Source: Torpedo marmorata (taxonomy: Eukaryota). From it: a stretch of DNA of 64,000 nt. The translations under genes were made by a program, and so were the position numbers. How positions within the stretch are numbered: the first letter of the stretch is position 1; each line of letters opens with the position of its first letter. A model generated the notes under the pieces. That model did no database searches and was not told the origin of the DNA. It saw nothing but the letters and a program-made list of their open reading frames with translations. Below are positions 48,230 to 61,067 of this stretch, piece after piece. Where the stretch lies: assembly GCA_977017645.1 (NCBI GenBank), contig OZ360224.1, positions 54,560,001-54,624,000 of the forward strand, read 5' to 3'.

Positions 48230-48985
48230 CCTGGAGTAGTTTACAGTTAAGGTAGTATGAGGAGGTTCAAGAGCCTGATAGCTATTTGGGGAAAAAATGT
48301 TGTTCTTGAACCTAGAGGTGCTGGTCTTCAGGCTTCTTTACCTTCAGCCCAAAGGTAGCAGTGAGAAGAGGTTGTGACTGGGAGATGAGGGTCCTTTATG
48401 ATGCTGGCTGGTTTCTTGAGGAAGCGTGTTATGTAGATATCTTCAATGTATGGGAGGTTAGTGCCTGTGATGGACTTGACTATGTTTGCCACTTTCAGAC
48501 TTCTGCATTCCTGGGCAATCGAGTTTCCATATCCAAATCAGGGGCAGCATGGTTGGCGTAGCAGTTAGCGCAACGCCTTTACAACGCCAGTGATCGGGAC
48601 CGGGGTTAGAATCCTGCGCTGTCTGTAAGGAGTTTGTACGTTCTCCCCGTGTCTGCGTGGGTTTTCCCTGGGGGCTCCGGTTTCCTCCCACTGATTGAAA
48701 CATACTGGGTGTGTAGGTTAATTGAGTGTAAATTGGGTGGCAAGGACTCGTGGGCCAAAATGGCCTGTTACCGTGGTGTATGTCTAAATTTTTAAAAAAT
48801 TTAAAGCATAAAGCCAGTATACTTTGCAGAATACATCCATGAAAGTTCAATAGAGTATTTGATAACCTGCTGAATCTCCTCAGATTCTTTAGAATCCAGA
48901 GCTATTGGTGTGCCTTGTTCACAGTTGCCTCAATGTGCTATATGAAGAGGAAGTCCTCTACTACGGAACCCAGGAACTTGCAGCT
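48230..48985 (-). mobile_element. Rex1/Babar fragment interrupted by a SINE
   Basis: Reverse-strand similarity to the other Rex1 copies (KFLG...KAHQ...ILRI...FHGCILQSILA...LPYIEDIY...KDPH...RFKNNIF). Confidence 0.75.
48541..48803 (+). mobile_element. tRNA-derived V-SINE (HE1-like)
   Basis: Same architecture as 3558-3810. Confidence 0.87.
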
Positions 48986-51139
48986 ACTATCCTTCTCCAT
49001 CACTGTCCCTCTTTTTCTTAACTCTCACCAAATCTTTTTCACCAATCATCTCAATGGTGGTTGTACAACAGTGACTCCCTGTCAAGCATTGCCTCAATTT
49101 CAAAATGATCACCTTTTACCTAAAAATTAGACTCATTTGTACTAATTACATATTTGTACAAATATATACAACAATTACAATTATACAATATACAATTGCA
49201 TATTCTTTAAGTTGCATATTAAAGAATTTTGTACACATTAGATTGCAAAATTGATTGTTGCTGAAACAATTAGTCACCATCAAATTGGCCTGGGTATTTC
49301 CAATTCCGATTCACCAGAGCACAGCTGATGTTTGCTCAATATTAATTCCCCAATTAATTTCACTGCAGCCTTTTCTCCACTTAATACATTAAGTTGGTGT
49401 ATCGAGTGTTAAATAAGCAAAAATAACATGGAGCAAACCCTTTAGAAGAGGAAGGTAAATTAAGGCTTTCAAGATATAAAGTTGGTTTTTACCCAGTGCC
49501 TCTGCCACATTCATTGTTCAATGTTTAAATCATATGCACAATAATCACAGTGTATCCCTCAATAATCACAGCATTTCTACACAGATCAGTGCAGGATGCC
49601 ACGACATCAGCCAGCCTTGAAGCCACTCGTGGCATAAGAATCGAGAGGCTTGTTCATCACATGGGAGGTCCTAGTCACCGTCATATCCACCCTCCACTAA
49701 ACTTTCTCTCCCTTCCATAGCAGCATTTTCTGTTGCTATACAACCCCTCCCATCGGGAGAATTTTTGAATCACTGACTCACTCCTTAGCAGAGAGAACAC
49801 CATTGGCACAACAGAGATATCATCAGAGCTATCATTTTAACACAGACATTGGCATGCAAGATATTATAACATTATTTTTCACATTCTTTACCCCAATTAT
49901 GCAGTTTCTTCAGAAGATCAGAATGGGGTTAATGATGTACATAGCATGTACGTTTATCTCACTAAAAGAGTCTGAACGCCAATTTCTAGGTTTCTTCATT
50001 TTAATCTCTCCATAGACTCACAAATCTTTAATCCTGTTATCTTGACCAGCTTTCTGGCCCTTGGGGATATCTGCACATCTCCAGTTCCAGCCTCCTAAGT
50101 ACCCCTAAATTTATTTTTTTCTTTCACTGGCAACCATGCCTTCAGCTGTCCAGAACTAAATTCTTAAATTCCTTATCAAAATCACCATCTCTCCATTTCT
50201 TTTTTCTCCTTCAAGAAGATTGTTAGAGCTGAAGTCTTTGACCAAGCTTTGAGTTCTCTGTCCTTGTAACTCAATTTTACTTCAGATTTTATGTCTTGGA
50301 AGACATAATTTTTTTTACTTGGTAATGTTCCTATGAAGCACTATGTAAATTGAAGTTGTTGCAAAATGTAAGTGATCCAAGTTAGCAATTTATTTACCTT
50401 GGATGAAGCAGTCAAAGTGATTGTTGCATTTAAGATGATCTGCACAAGGCCTAACCTGATATTCTCAATGAGAATAATGGAGGATGCATAAAGGGTATTG
50501 TTTTAAAATCTTATCTTAATATGGCAGCAGGAAGAGAAGGATGAATCTTCAGCACTTCGACTCTCTTTCAGCCTTTAGCTGTTATGTACCTTGCCTGTTC
50601 CTGTAGTGGTGAGATAGAAGTCGAGGTACAGGATACCCTCGGATTGAGTGCAAAGTCAATATGTGTTCCTGAAGAAAGTCTGACACAAAGCATATTGCTT
50701 CAAAGCCAAGGATATCTTTGTATTGCAGGATTTTCCCAAAGTAGGCATTGAAATGTTGGATGATCCTGAAGTGCCTGAGGTATCCAGGTGTTCAAGGCAA
50801 GGAGAGGGAAGTATTTTTCGTGCTCCCACAGAAAATGGAGCCAGCATAAAATTCTCATGTTCCTTCCAAGGCACATTGATGGAATGGAAATGAGTATAGA
50901 CATGCAGTCAACATGTCAGAGTTCATGAACATCGGCATCATCACTGTTATGCACAAACAAAGGAGAGGGATGGAATAAAAAATCGCCAGCCAAATTATTT
51001 TTTAAATGTTGAAATTAAGAATTTTGGAGAATCATGAAGATGATAACAATGATGCAGAGCTAGGGGACAGAGCATCAAGATTTGGCTTCCCCTCTACCAT
51101 CATCAACCCAGCACTCATCCGCATATCCTCTATTACCAT

Positions 51140-51779
51140 GGATGGATGGAATGGGCGAAAATATGGTAAACGGATTACAATGCCAGAAATGTAAAATTGT
51201 CCATTTCAGTAAAAAGAATACACACACAAAATACTGATTAAGTAGGGAGAGATTACAGAATAATCTGTAATAATCGAGTGCCCTAATAAATGAAACACAA
51301 AGGGTTGGTGTGTAGCAGCATGAGTAATTAGGAAGGTGAATGTAATGTTGGCCTTTATTTCAAGGGCAATGACTATGAAAGTAGAGAGTTCTTGCTACTA
51401 CTGAACTAAGTGCTAGTGATATCACATCGGGATTCAATTTTATTGTTCGTATTTAGGGAAATATATATTTGTTTTTTGGACAGTTCAGAGAAGATTTTCC
51501 ATGTTGATTTCTGGGTTGAAGGAGTTGATTTAGAAGGAAAACCTGAGCAGGTTGGGCCTTTATTCCTTAGAATTGAGAAGAATGAAAATTGATTTATTGA
51601 AGCACAGAAAGTTTTTAGGGGAATCTAGAACTAACTCACCCATTTAAGTTGAAGAGGAGCCTGAAATCTTTACCCTGGAGAGTCACTGAATATTTTCAAG
51701 ACTGACATATACAGGTTTGAGAACTAATGGCATCAAGTTTTGAAAGAACAGGCAAGATCAGATCAACCACTGTCTTACT
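51140..51779 (+). mobile_element. Very old CR1 3' half (continues after the L1 at ~53507-53550)
   Basis: Degenerate CR1 RT DNA (aattaggaaggtgaatgtaatgttggcctttatttcaaggg, agttcagagaagatttt). Confidence 0.65.
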
Positions 51780-53493
51780 TTTTTTTTTTTTTTTAATATT
51801 TTATTTAAGTTTTTAAATCACACATTACATAAAATAATTTGCATATATTCTTTTAAAAAAAATAATAATACATGTGATTACATTTTCTCCCCCCCTCGTC
51901 CCACCCTCCCCTCCCTAACCCCTATACCCCTCTAATCTAATTAAAATATATAAAATAATAATAGTAAAAGAAAAAGAAAAAGAAAAGATAGAAAAATAGA
52001 GCGAGGAGTCAATGAACTTAAAAAACTGATATATTTTAGAGGTTATTTCGCCGGTAGGTCTAATATCCAGAGAATTTACAATGTTAAACCCATAATCCTC
52101 GTATATGGGCCCCAAATTTTCAAAAAAGAATGATATTTATTTCGTAAATTATAAGTAATTTTTTCCAGTGGTATACATGACCGTAACTCTGCATGCCATC
52201 GTTCTAGATTTAAATCAACATCCGATTTCCAAGTAATAGCTATACACTTTTTCGAAACTGCTAATACTATACATAAAAATTCTACTTGATACATATTCAA
52301 TTTATGTCTAATACTAAATTTTTTAATATCTCCAAATAAAAATAACATAGGATCCATTGTAATTTCAACACTAAAAATTCTTTCTAAAAAATTCTTAACT
52401 TTCAACCAAAAATCTTGAATTTTTGAACATAACCATGTACAATGTACAAAAGATCCTATTTCGGTTTTACATCTAAAACACATATCTGATAACGCTAAAT
52501 TAAATTTCTTCAATTTTTTAGGTGTCAAATACAATTGATGAAAAAAATTATATTGTACTAATCTATATCTCACATTGATAACTTTTGTCATACTTAATTT
52601 ACATAAATCTTTCCAATGATTTTCGTCTATATTAACATTCAAATCTGATTCCCATTTCAATCTAGACTTATGTTCTCCTAGTTTAAGCATCTTTCTTTGA
52701 AACAACTTATACATTTGTGATATAAATTTATTAACATTGACTTTAGTAATTAATGATTCCAATTCATTTTGTCTTGGTACTATTAATTCATTCCCTAGTC
52801 TCTCAATCAAAAAAGCTTTAACTTGAAAATAAACTAACATTGTATTATCTAATATATTAAATTTTTCTTTTAACCTCTGGAAGGTAGCAAATCTACCTGC
52901 TTCAAAACAATCTTTTAATATCTTTATTCCCTTTAAAAACCATAATTTAAGTAACTGATTATCCATAGAAAATGGTAAAAGCGGGTTCTGATATATTGGT
53001 GTATTTAAGGAAATTAATCCTTTTTGACCTATCTCTTTATCTACTTGTGACCAAATTTCCAACAAATGCTTAATAATTGGTGTTTTTTTCTTTTTAAGTA
53101 ATAATAATTTAGAATTCCATTTATAAATAATATCTTCTTTATGTGTTTCTCCCATATTATTTAATTCTATATTAATCCAAGCAGAAGATTTATTTAAATC
53201 AAAGAATTCATTAACAAATTTTAACTGAGCTGCTTTATAATAATATTGAAAATTAGGAAGTTGTAATCCTCCCATCTCATAATTCCATGTTAATTTATCT
53301 ATACTTACTCTTGCTAACTTTCCTTTCCATAAAAATTTCCTAATAATAAATTTTAAATCTTTAAAAAATTTATTTGGAATACCATAAGGAATCGATTGAA
53401 AAAGATATTGAATTCTTGGAAAAACATTCATTTTAATACAATTTACTCTTCCCATCAACGTTATAGGTAAGTCTTTCCAAAGTTCTAGATCTT
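51780..53493 (-). mobile_element. L1-a-related copy 7 (divergent subfamily), 5'-truncated, ORF uninterrupted
   Basis: ORF 52076-53548 is open across the whole coding part. Long pure A tail. 13-bp TSD ccactgtcttact at 51767-51779 / 53494-53506. Confidence 0.95.
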
Positions 53494-53694
53494 CCACTGT
53501 CTTACTGAGGAAGCCAAAAGGTCTGGCTTTTGTTTCTGTTCCTTTCATCTTTATGCAAGAGGTAGTGTCAATTGGTTAATTTGTGTTGTCCTCCATCTCC
53601 AGCTGAATGCCATAATGGAAAGTCTGTGAAAAGTTACCCCTGCCAATTTTTTGGTAAATGAAGGAATATTTATTTAAAATATATTTAAACTTGT

Positions 53695-54240
53695 TTATCG
53701 TTGAGCAACTTCGCTCTGTCCACTGCAACAGCAAGGATCTCCCAGTGGCTAACCATTTTAATTCTATACACCATTGCCACACTGGCATACCATCGATGGC
53801 CTCATGTCCTGCCAAATCGAGGCCACCCGCAAATTGGAGGAACAATGCCTTCCATTCAGTCTAAGCAGTCTCCAACTAGACAACATCAATATCGACATCT
53901 CCACTTTCCAGTTAGCTCTCCTTTGGTCTATTTCTTTCCCTACCCCTCTGTCTCCTTTCCTCCCTACCCCCTTTACCTTCCTTCTCCTACCCTTCTTAGC
54001 CCTCTCTCCTCTACCCCAGTCACTTCTCAGCTTCTTTCTTTTCTCCCCTCCCATCTGTATTACCTCACCTGTGCTCCTCTCCCTTCACCTTCTCCTCCTC
54101 CCGCAACCTTTTTATTCAGGCACTTGGCTGTTTTCCCAGATTCTTGATGAAGGGCTCAGGCCCGAAATATCGATTACCTTTTACTTCCTATGGATGCTGC
54201 ATTACCTGCTGAGTTTTTCCAGCACTTTTGTGTATTGTAA
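53695..54240 (+). mobile_element. Penelope 3' fragment (GIY-YIG C-terminus plus pseudo-LTR with hammerhead-like motif)
   Basis: EQLRSVH...DLPVANHFNS; ATRKLEEQ...LSSLQLDNINIDIS; ttgatgaagggctcaggcccgaaatatc from 54144. Confidence 0.85.
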
Positions 54241-54904
54241 ATGAAAATAACCTTTCTACAGTGGAAATATATTTTTAAATCTCAAAGCTATTAAACTATA
54301 GTGTGCATATTGGATGATAGAGTAAAATATGCTTTTATCGAATATAACTATGGCAAAACAACATTTCTTTGAAAAATAAATCCATTGTGCATTTATCCAA
54401 TGTGGATATGTGTTTTTGCTTTTAATAGTATGCTACATTTAAAATCAAATCTTTCAACCCGTTTAATTTTCCCAGTGAGTGCAATGTGTGTGCAGCACCC
54501 CAGCAGGAATCCTCCACTTCACTTCCCAATGAAAACATTCCATCCTTTTAAACTTACAGACAGAGAGCACATCAAGAGTGAGGAAACTAACTAACTGAAT
54601 GTGACACCAGTTCTTGAATTCACCTTTTTCTGGACCCCAGCATTGGAAAATGCTCCCGACATTTCAAAGCAACCCACATTGACAAATGGTTGAACGGAGG
54701 TGAGAAAAGTACTGATTGCAGCAAACATCAATCTACAAGTCACCTACGTGAAACCACTTGCAGTGGGCATGTACAAAGCTCCGATAGAAAGTCAGATTGG
54801 AATATAACGTAATGTTAGAGATATAAATGAGGGGTGCTTACTTTTGAGCATTTATACATTTCAATCATTGTTTACTGCAAAATATTTTTTATGAGCCACT
54901 AAAC

Positions 54905-54965
54905 CAGTGGTTCTCAACCCTTTTTTTCACTCACATATCACCTTCAGTAATCCCTTACTAACCGC
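54905..54965. mobile_element. Possible hAT (Charlie-like) DNA transposon end fragment
   Basis: cagtggttctcaacc resembles hAT-Charlie TIRs. No matching opposite end found. Confidence 0.35.
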
Positions 54966-55177
54966 AGCTATTTTTTTATTTATTTAAGCTATTTATTCTT
55001 AATGCAGGTGTATTAGTTAGGCATTGTAAGATTAAGTCTCAAGCAACCGGAAAATATACTTATCCGGCATCTACCAATCCCCATAGGTGCTGGATACACG
55101 GGGTTTTCCATACATCCTATTTGCCTTTGTTTAGCCATGGCCCTTCAAACCTTCCCTTTCGATTGTACCTCGCCAGT

Positions 55178-57831
55178 TTTGGAGAAGGATAGGTCTGGGC
55201 CTCGGGTTAAGATTCTAAATTGGAGAAAGGCCAATTTTGAGGAAATGAAAAGGACCTAGAATGTGTGGATAGGGATAAGTTGTTTTCAGGCAAGGATGTG
55301 CGAGGTAAGTGGAAGACCTTCAAAGGTGAAATTTTGAGAATACAGAGTTTGTATGTTCATGTCAGGATTAAAGGCATAGGAAACCTTGGTTTTTGAGGGA
55401 TATTGAGGATCTAGTTCAGAAGAAGAGAGAGGTGTATAGCAGGTATAGGCATCATGGAGCAAATGAGGTACTTGAGGCATATAAAAATTCAAGAAAAAGC
55501 TCAAGAAAGAAATCAGGAAGGCTAAAAGAAGACATGAGGTTGCTTTGACATACAATGTGAAAAAAAATCCTAATGGTTTCTACAGGTATATTAAGAGCAA
55601 AAGGATAGTAAGGGACAAAATTGGTCCCCTCGAAGATCAGAGTGGTCGGCTATGTATGGAGCCAAAACAGATGGGGGAGATCTTAAATGTTTTTTTTTTC
55701 ATCAGTATTCACTCAGGAAACAGGCACAGAGTCAAGGGAAGTAGGGAAAACAAGCAGTGAGATCATGGAACCAATACAGATTAAAGAGGAGGAGGTGCTT
55801 GCTGTCTTAAAGCAAATAAGTGTGGGAAAATCCCCAGGGCCTGACAAGATATTCCCTCGGACCTTGAGGAAGGCAAGTGTAGAAATTGCAGGTGCTCTGG
55901 CAGAAATATTTAAAATGTCCTTAGCCACAGGTGTGGTGCCGGAGGATTGGAGGATAGCTCACGTTGTTCCATTGTTTAAAAAAGGCTCCAAAAGTAACCC
56001 TGGAAATTATAGGCCGGTGAGCCTGAAGTCAGTAGGAGGTAAATTATGGTATGGTTTGGAGGCGCCAACTCTCAGGACAAGAATAAACTCCAGAGGGTTG
56101 TTAACTAGGCCTGTGAAATTACAGGCACCAGACTTCACTCCATTGAGGACATCTACACGAGACGGTGTCTTATAAAAGCAGCCATGCCCTCTTCACTCTG
56201 CTACCATCAGGAAAAAGGTACAGGAGCCTAAAGTTGAGCACTCAACGGCACAAGGACAGCTTCTTCCCCGCTGCCATCAGATTCCTAAATAATCAATGAA
56301 CCAAAGACACTGCCTTACTTTTCGTGCACTATTATTTATATATATATATATTTTTTTATATAGTAATGTCGTAAGATTGTTATAATATGAATGTTTTCAC
56401 TATGATGCTGCCGCAAAACACCGAATTTCATGACTTGTTCATGACAATAAATTCTGATTCTGATTATTGGAAGGTGTTCTAAGAGATCGGATGTACAAGT
56501 ATTTGGATAGCCAGGGACTGATTAGGGATAGTCAACAGGGCTTTGTGTGTGGTAAGTTGTGTTTAACCAATCTTATAGAGTTTTTCGAGAAGGTTACCAG
56601 GAAAGATGACGACGGAAAGGCTGTGGATGTTGTCTACATGGACTTTAGTAAGGCCTTTGAAAAGGTCCCACATGAGACATTAGTCAGGAAGGTTCAGACG
56701 CTAGGTATTCATGGTGAAGTAGTGAACTGGATTCGACAATGGCTGGACGGGAGAAGCCAGAGAGTAGTGGTGGATGATTGCTTCTCAGACTGGAGGCTTG
56801 TGACTAGTGGTGTGCTTCAGGGATCGGTGCTGGGACCATTGTTATTTGTCATCTATATCAATGATATGGATGATAATGTGGTAAATTAGATCAGCAAGTT
56901 TGCAGATGACACTAAGAAAGGAGGCATTGTGGACAGCGAAGAAGGTTTTCAAAGCTTGCAGAGGGATCTGGACCATCTAGAAAAATGAAAAATGACAGAT
57001 GGAATTTAATGCAGACAAGTGTGAGGTGTTGCATTTTGGAAGGACAAACCAAGAAAGGACATACACGGTAAATGGTAGGGCACTGAGGAGTGCAGTAGAA
57101 CAGAGGAATCTGGGAATATAGATAAATAAATTCCCTGAAAGTGGCATCACAGGTGGATAGGGTTGTAAAGAGAGCTTTTGGCATATTGGCCTTCATAAAT
57201 CAAAGTATTGAGTATAGGAGTTGGGATGTTATGGTAAAGTTGTATAAGACATTGGTGAGGCCAAATTTGGAATATTGTGTGCAGTTTTGCTCACCTAACT
57301 ACAGGAAAGATATCGATAAGATTGAAAGAGTGCAGAGAAGATTTACTAGGATGTTGCCCAGACTCCAGGAAATGAGTTACAGGGAAAGGTTAAACAGGTT
57401 AGGACTTTATTCCCTGGAGCATAGAAGAATGAGGGGAGATTTGATACAGGTATTTAAAATTATGAGGGGGATAGACAGAGTAAATATAGATAGGTTTTGG
57501 CCACTGAGGGTAGGTGAGATACAAACCAGAGGTCCTAACCAGAGGACATGTGTTAAGTGTGAAAGGGGAAAAGATTAGAGGGAACATAAGGGGGAACTTC
57601 TTCATACAGAAAGTGGTGGGAGTGTGGAACGAGCTGCCAGCTGAAGTGGTGAATGCGGGCTCAATTTTAATATTTAAGATGAATTTGGACAGGTACATGG
57701 ATGGGAGAGGTATGGAGGGCTATGGACTGTGTGCCGGTCAGTGGGACTAGGCAGAAAAATGATTCGGCACAGACTAGAAGAGCCGAAGGGACCTGTTTCT
57801 GAGCTGTAATGTTCTATGGTTCCATGGTTCT
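55178..57831 (+). mobile_element. CR1 LINE, 5'-truncated, interrupted by a Rex1 fragment
   Basis: ORFs 55545-55760, 55687-56175 (KSPGPDKI, PEDWRIAHVVPLFKKG), 56467-56889, 57141-57578, 57514-57750. (gttctatg)-type tail. Confidence 0.92.
56048..56463 (+). mobile_element. Rex1/Babar 3' fragment, same family as 11741-12304
   Basis: Shared sequence (ccaac.ct.aggaca...aaactccagagggttgttaact) and (gattct)n tail. Short attat duplication; the host reading aaattat|tggaagg rejoins. Confidence 0.85.
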
Positions 57832-60520
57832 AACATTCTGAGGGGCTTTACCTGGGAGAATCTAGAACAAGGATGGACAGTTTTAGGATTAGTGGTTGTC
57901 AATGAAAAAGGAGAGGTGAATGAATTTTTTTTCTTAAAGGGTTGTGAATTTTTGGAAGTTTCTACACTTATAGAGTATCTGAATTTGAGATCAAGATAGA
58001 GATTTAGTCGTCAGAGGAGTCAAGGTTATGGTGACCAGGTTGCACAAAGTTAAGAACAACCACAATCATAATAAGTGGCAGAACAGGTTTGAGTGGCCTT
58101 ATGTTAGGGTTATATGCTGAAGATACCCAAGCCCACACTCTCTCCCAAGTAACACTGCCTGTGATTAATCTACCCCGCTTGAAAATGAGTACATATTGTA
58201 TCTGTGGCTGGTGAGAGTGGTGCATCACTCAATTCCTGCTCCTACTTCTTATGCTCTTGTATTCATCACTTGGGGATCATAGGCAGTGGATTACCTGGGC
58301 AAAACTGAGAAAGTGATTTGGAGAATCATGAGGGCTTCAGAGTAACATGCTTTTGATTGCCTGCCCTAAAACTATTTTGGTTTGGTGTAATTTTCCATTC
58401 AATTCCATTCCTGTGAAGACCTTTGCTACATTGTCCGGTTCAAGGCACTACATAATGCAAGTTGTTGTTGTTGTTAGCTTTCTTTCCAAATACAATTCTA
58501 TCCAAGCAAAATGCTCTGAAAGCAGGGATCTCTTTTCAGACTTTGATTTAACAATAATAGAAATGTACTTACTCAGTTACCATGGCAATCAGCTGCAGAT
58601 TATGATATCACAATTTAAAAAAATTATCTGCATGTTAGAGTGTTGATATAATTTTACATAATTCTGTATGATGTGAACAGTTGTTAGCCCATGGTATTGA
58701 ATGAAAGGAAAAACACAAGATGGTCTGAAATCACTGTTCAGTCCTCAATAGGCATGTCATTCACAGCCACAATGGAGCTTAAGTTTACAAAGGTCCAGGT
58801 CAAATGCATTGAAATGCAACTGTATTTTAGCCCAGAGGGTTATATATTTTACCATCAGATAGCATATTTAAGTAGGATACTGTAATATCAAAGAGAAGAA
58901 TTAGATAAGGAGAGTAATAGATTACCAGTTTTTCCATTGTATGCAAAAATGTTCAAGCTTTCTCTGGCAAAATACGTTGAAGATAATTATCCAACATCAA
59001 TAACTAGTTATGAAGTGCTGGAAGCACTTTATTGGCTCTCTTGTTCCCTCAACTAGTCTGGAATTTGTGATCCATTCTCCAGAGCTGACATAGCAGATTT
59101 ATGAGGTATTGGGGGTGGAGGAGGAGGGGTAGACAGAGAACAGGAAAAACACGAACGTTAGCTTTGCAGTGCTTTTATCTTTGGCCACTGTAAGTGGGCC
59201 AACTGTACTAGTGTGTACAGGAAACTTTTGGAGCAGCACTAGAACAATCAAAGTATTGATTACTACCTGTGACAATAGTCCTAATGAGCATAAAGTGTTT
59301 CCTTTCATATGAATGCCAGAACTTCTGGAGGAAAAACATGCCGATTATTGCTTACCGGATGGTTGCCTCAAAATGAAAATATTGTAATGATTGCAGCATG
59401 CATCATGATGCTATACACTTACCCAAATGTAGGCAAAGATTGATGGCTGGACATGTGGACCAAATTGGAATCAGACAACTGCAAGCTGTGAAGGGGATAC
59501 AGGGGAAACCATTATAACTGCAGTTGTTCTCTCCCAATGCACTTGGAAGGTCCTTCCTCTGTCTGCAGTCTGTGACACAGGGTCAAGTACCTCAGCGCCA
59601 CACTCTATCATGTGATGGTGAAACAGTAGTTTAAAAATGACTGACAAAATCCTTTATCTATTCAAATCTCAAATTAGAGCAAAATAGTAAATACAATGGA
59701 CAAATTATTTATTGGAAAGTAACTTCAGCAAAAGTCCTGGCGATTTGCTTCAGTAATAAGCAAACATTTCATCTGCAGATAGCATCCTAGACAAAGTATC
59801 ATTTGTAATCTCTTCCCCAATGGAAACAGGAAAGTTATTTAATTTTATTATGAACATAATTGTTTTATTTTTAATGGAAAGATCTCTGTGAAACATCAAC
59901 ATACTGCCTAGCACCCATCACTGAGATTACAAACAGAATTTAGTGTTTGCAACAATTGTGCAGTTATATACTTCCACCAAGGCATTTTTATTTCATTAGA
60001 GGTGTCGGTTTACAGCTAGTAACAAAGCAGATTGGCTGGTTAGAATGCCTGTTTTGTGCCTTATCACTAAAATCTTTCTTCCATTATTTCAGTCTCTGAA
60101 TAAAAGCCTTAACTGTATTATGTTCATGGCTTGTCTCTGTCCTCGAGCCAGAGCTGCCTAAAATGTGGCTTATTGGAAATCGTTATTCAAATTCCTACAC
60201 GGATAAGATTATTGATCTATGGCCCGTAATGGTTCCCAGACTGCTGGTGGTGAGCAGTGGTTAGAAGTGGAGGGTGGGGGTGGGGGATGGGTGTGGTAAG
60301 AAGGAGGGAAGGGGCAGGGAGATACTCCATGGAGGCCCGCATTATGTCAATGACAATTCACTTTTTCACTTGTTATGAAGGTGGTTTAATATCCTGAAAA
60401 GGCACTTAACACTGATCCCCTTCATAACATCTGTCAGGGTGTTTCATGTCGACTGTTTCTCACACTGTGTGGCTGCTGTCAGTTGAGCCCTACACAGTGA
60501 CCCTCTACTTTTTAAGAGAC

Positions 60521-61067
60521 NNNNNNNNNNNNNNNNNNNNNNNNNNNNNNNNNNNNNNNNNNNNNNNNNNNNNNNNNNNNNNNNNNNNNNNNNNNNNNNN
60601 NNNNNNNNNNNNNNNNNNNNNNNNNNNNNNNNNNNNNNNNNNNNNNNNNNNNAAACACAGACTCACNNNNNNNNNNNNNNNNNNNNNNNNNNNNNNNNNN
60701 NNNNNNNNNNNNNNNNNNNNNNNNNNNNNNNNNNNNNNNNNNNNNNNNNNNNNNNNNNNNNNNNNNNNNNNNNNNNNNNNNNNNNNNNNNNNNNNNNNNN
60801 NNNNNNNNNNNNNNNNNNNNNNNNNNNNNNNNNNNNNNNNNNNNNNNNNNNNNNNNNNNNNNNNNNNNNNNNNNNNNNNNNNNNNNNNNNNNNNNNNNNN
60901 NNNNNNNNNNNNNNNNNNNNNNNNNNNNNNNNNNNNNNNNNNNNNNNNNNNNNNNNNNNNNNNNNNNNNNNNNNNNNNNNNNNNNNNNNNNNNNNNNNNN
61001 NNNNNNNNNNNNNNNNNNNNNNNNNNNNNNNNNNNNNNNNNNNNNNNNNNNNNNNNNNNNNNNNNNN
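60521..61067. other. Two assembly gaps (60521-60652, 60667-61067) separated by a 14-bp island
   Basis: N runs around aaacacagactcac. Confidence 1.

Noticed and set aside
49150-49165. 16-bp palindrome atatttgtacaaatat
   Set aside because: AT-rich and expected by chance; no associated structure.
52076-53548. 490-aa ORF as a possible host or domesticated gene
   Set aside because: It is a 5'-truncated L1 ORF2 with TSD and polyA. The start codon and first ~18 residues come fortuitously from flanking DNA.
60371-60429. 11-bp inverted repeat (tgttatgaagg / ccttcataaca), considered as pre-miRNA or SECIS
   Set aside because: Inner pairing is poor, SECIS spacing does not fit, and roughly one such repeat is expected by chance in 64 kb.
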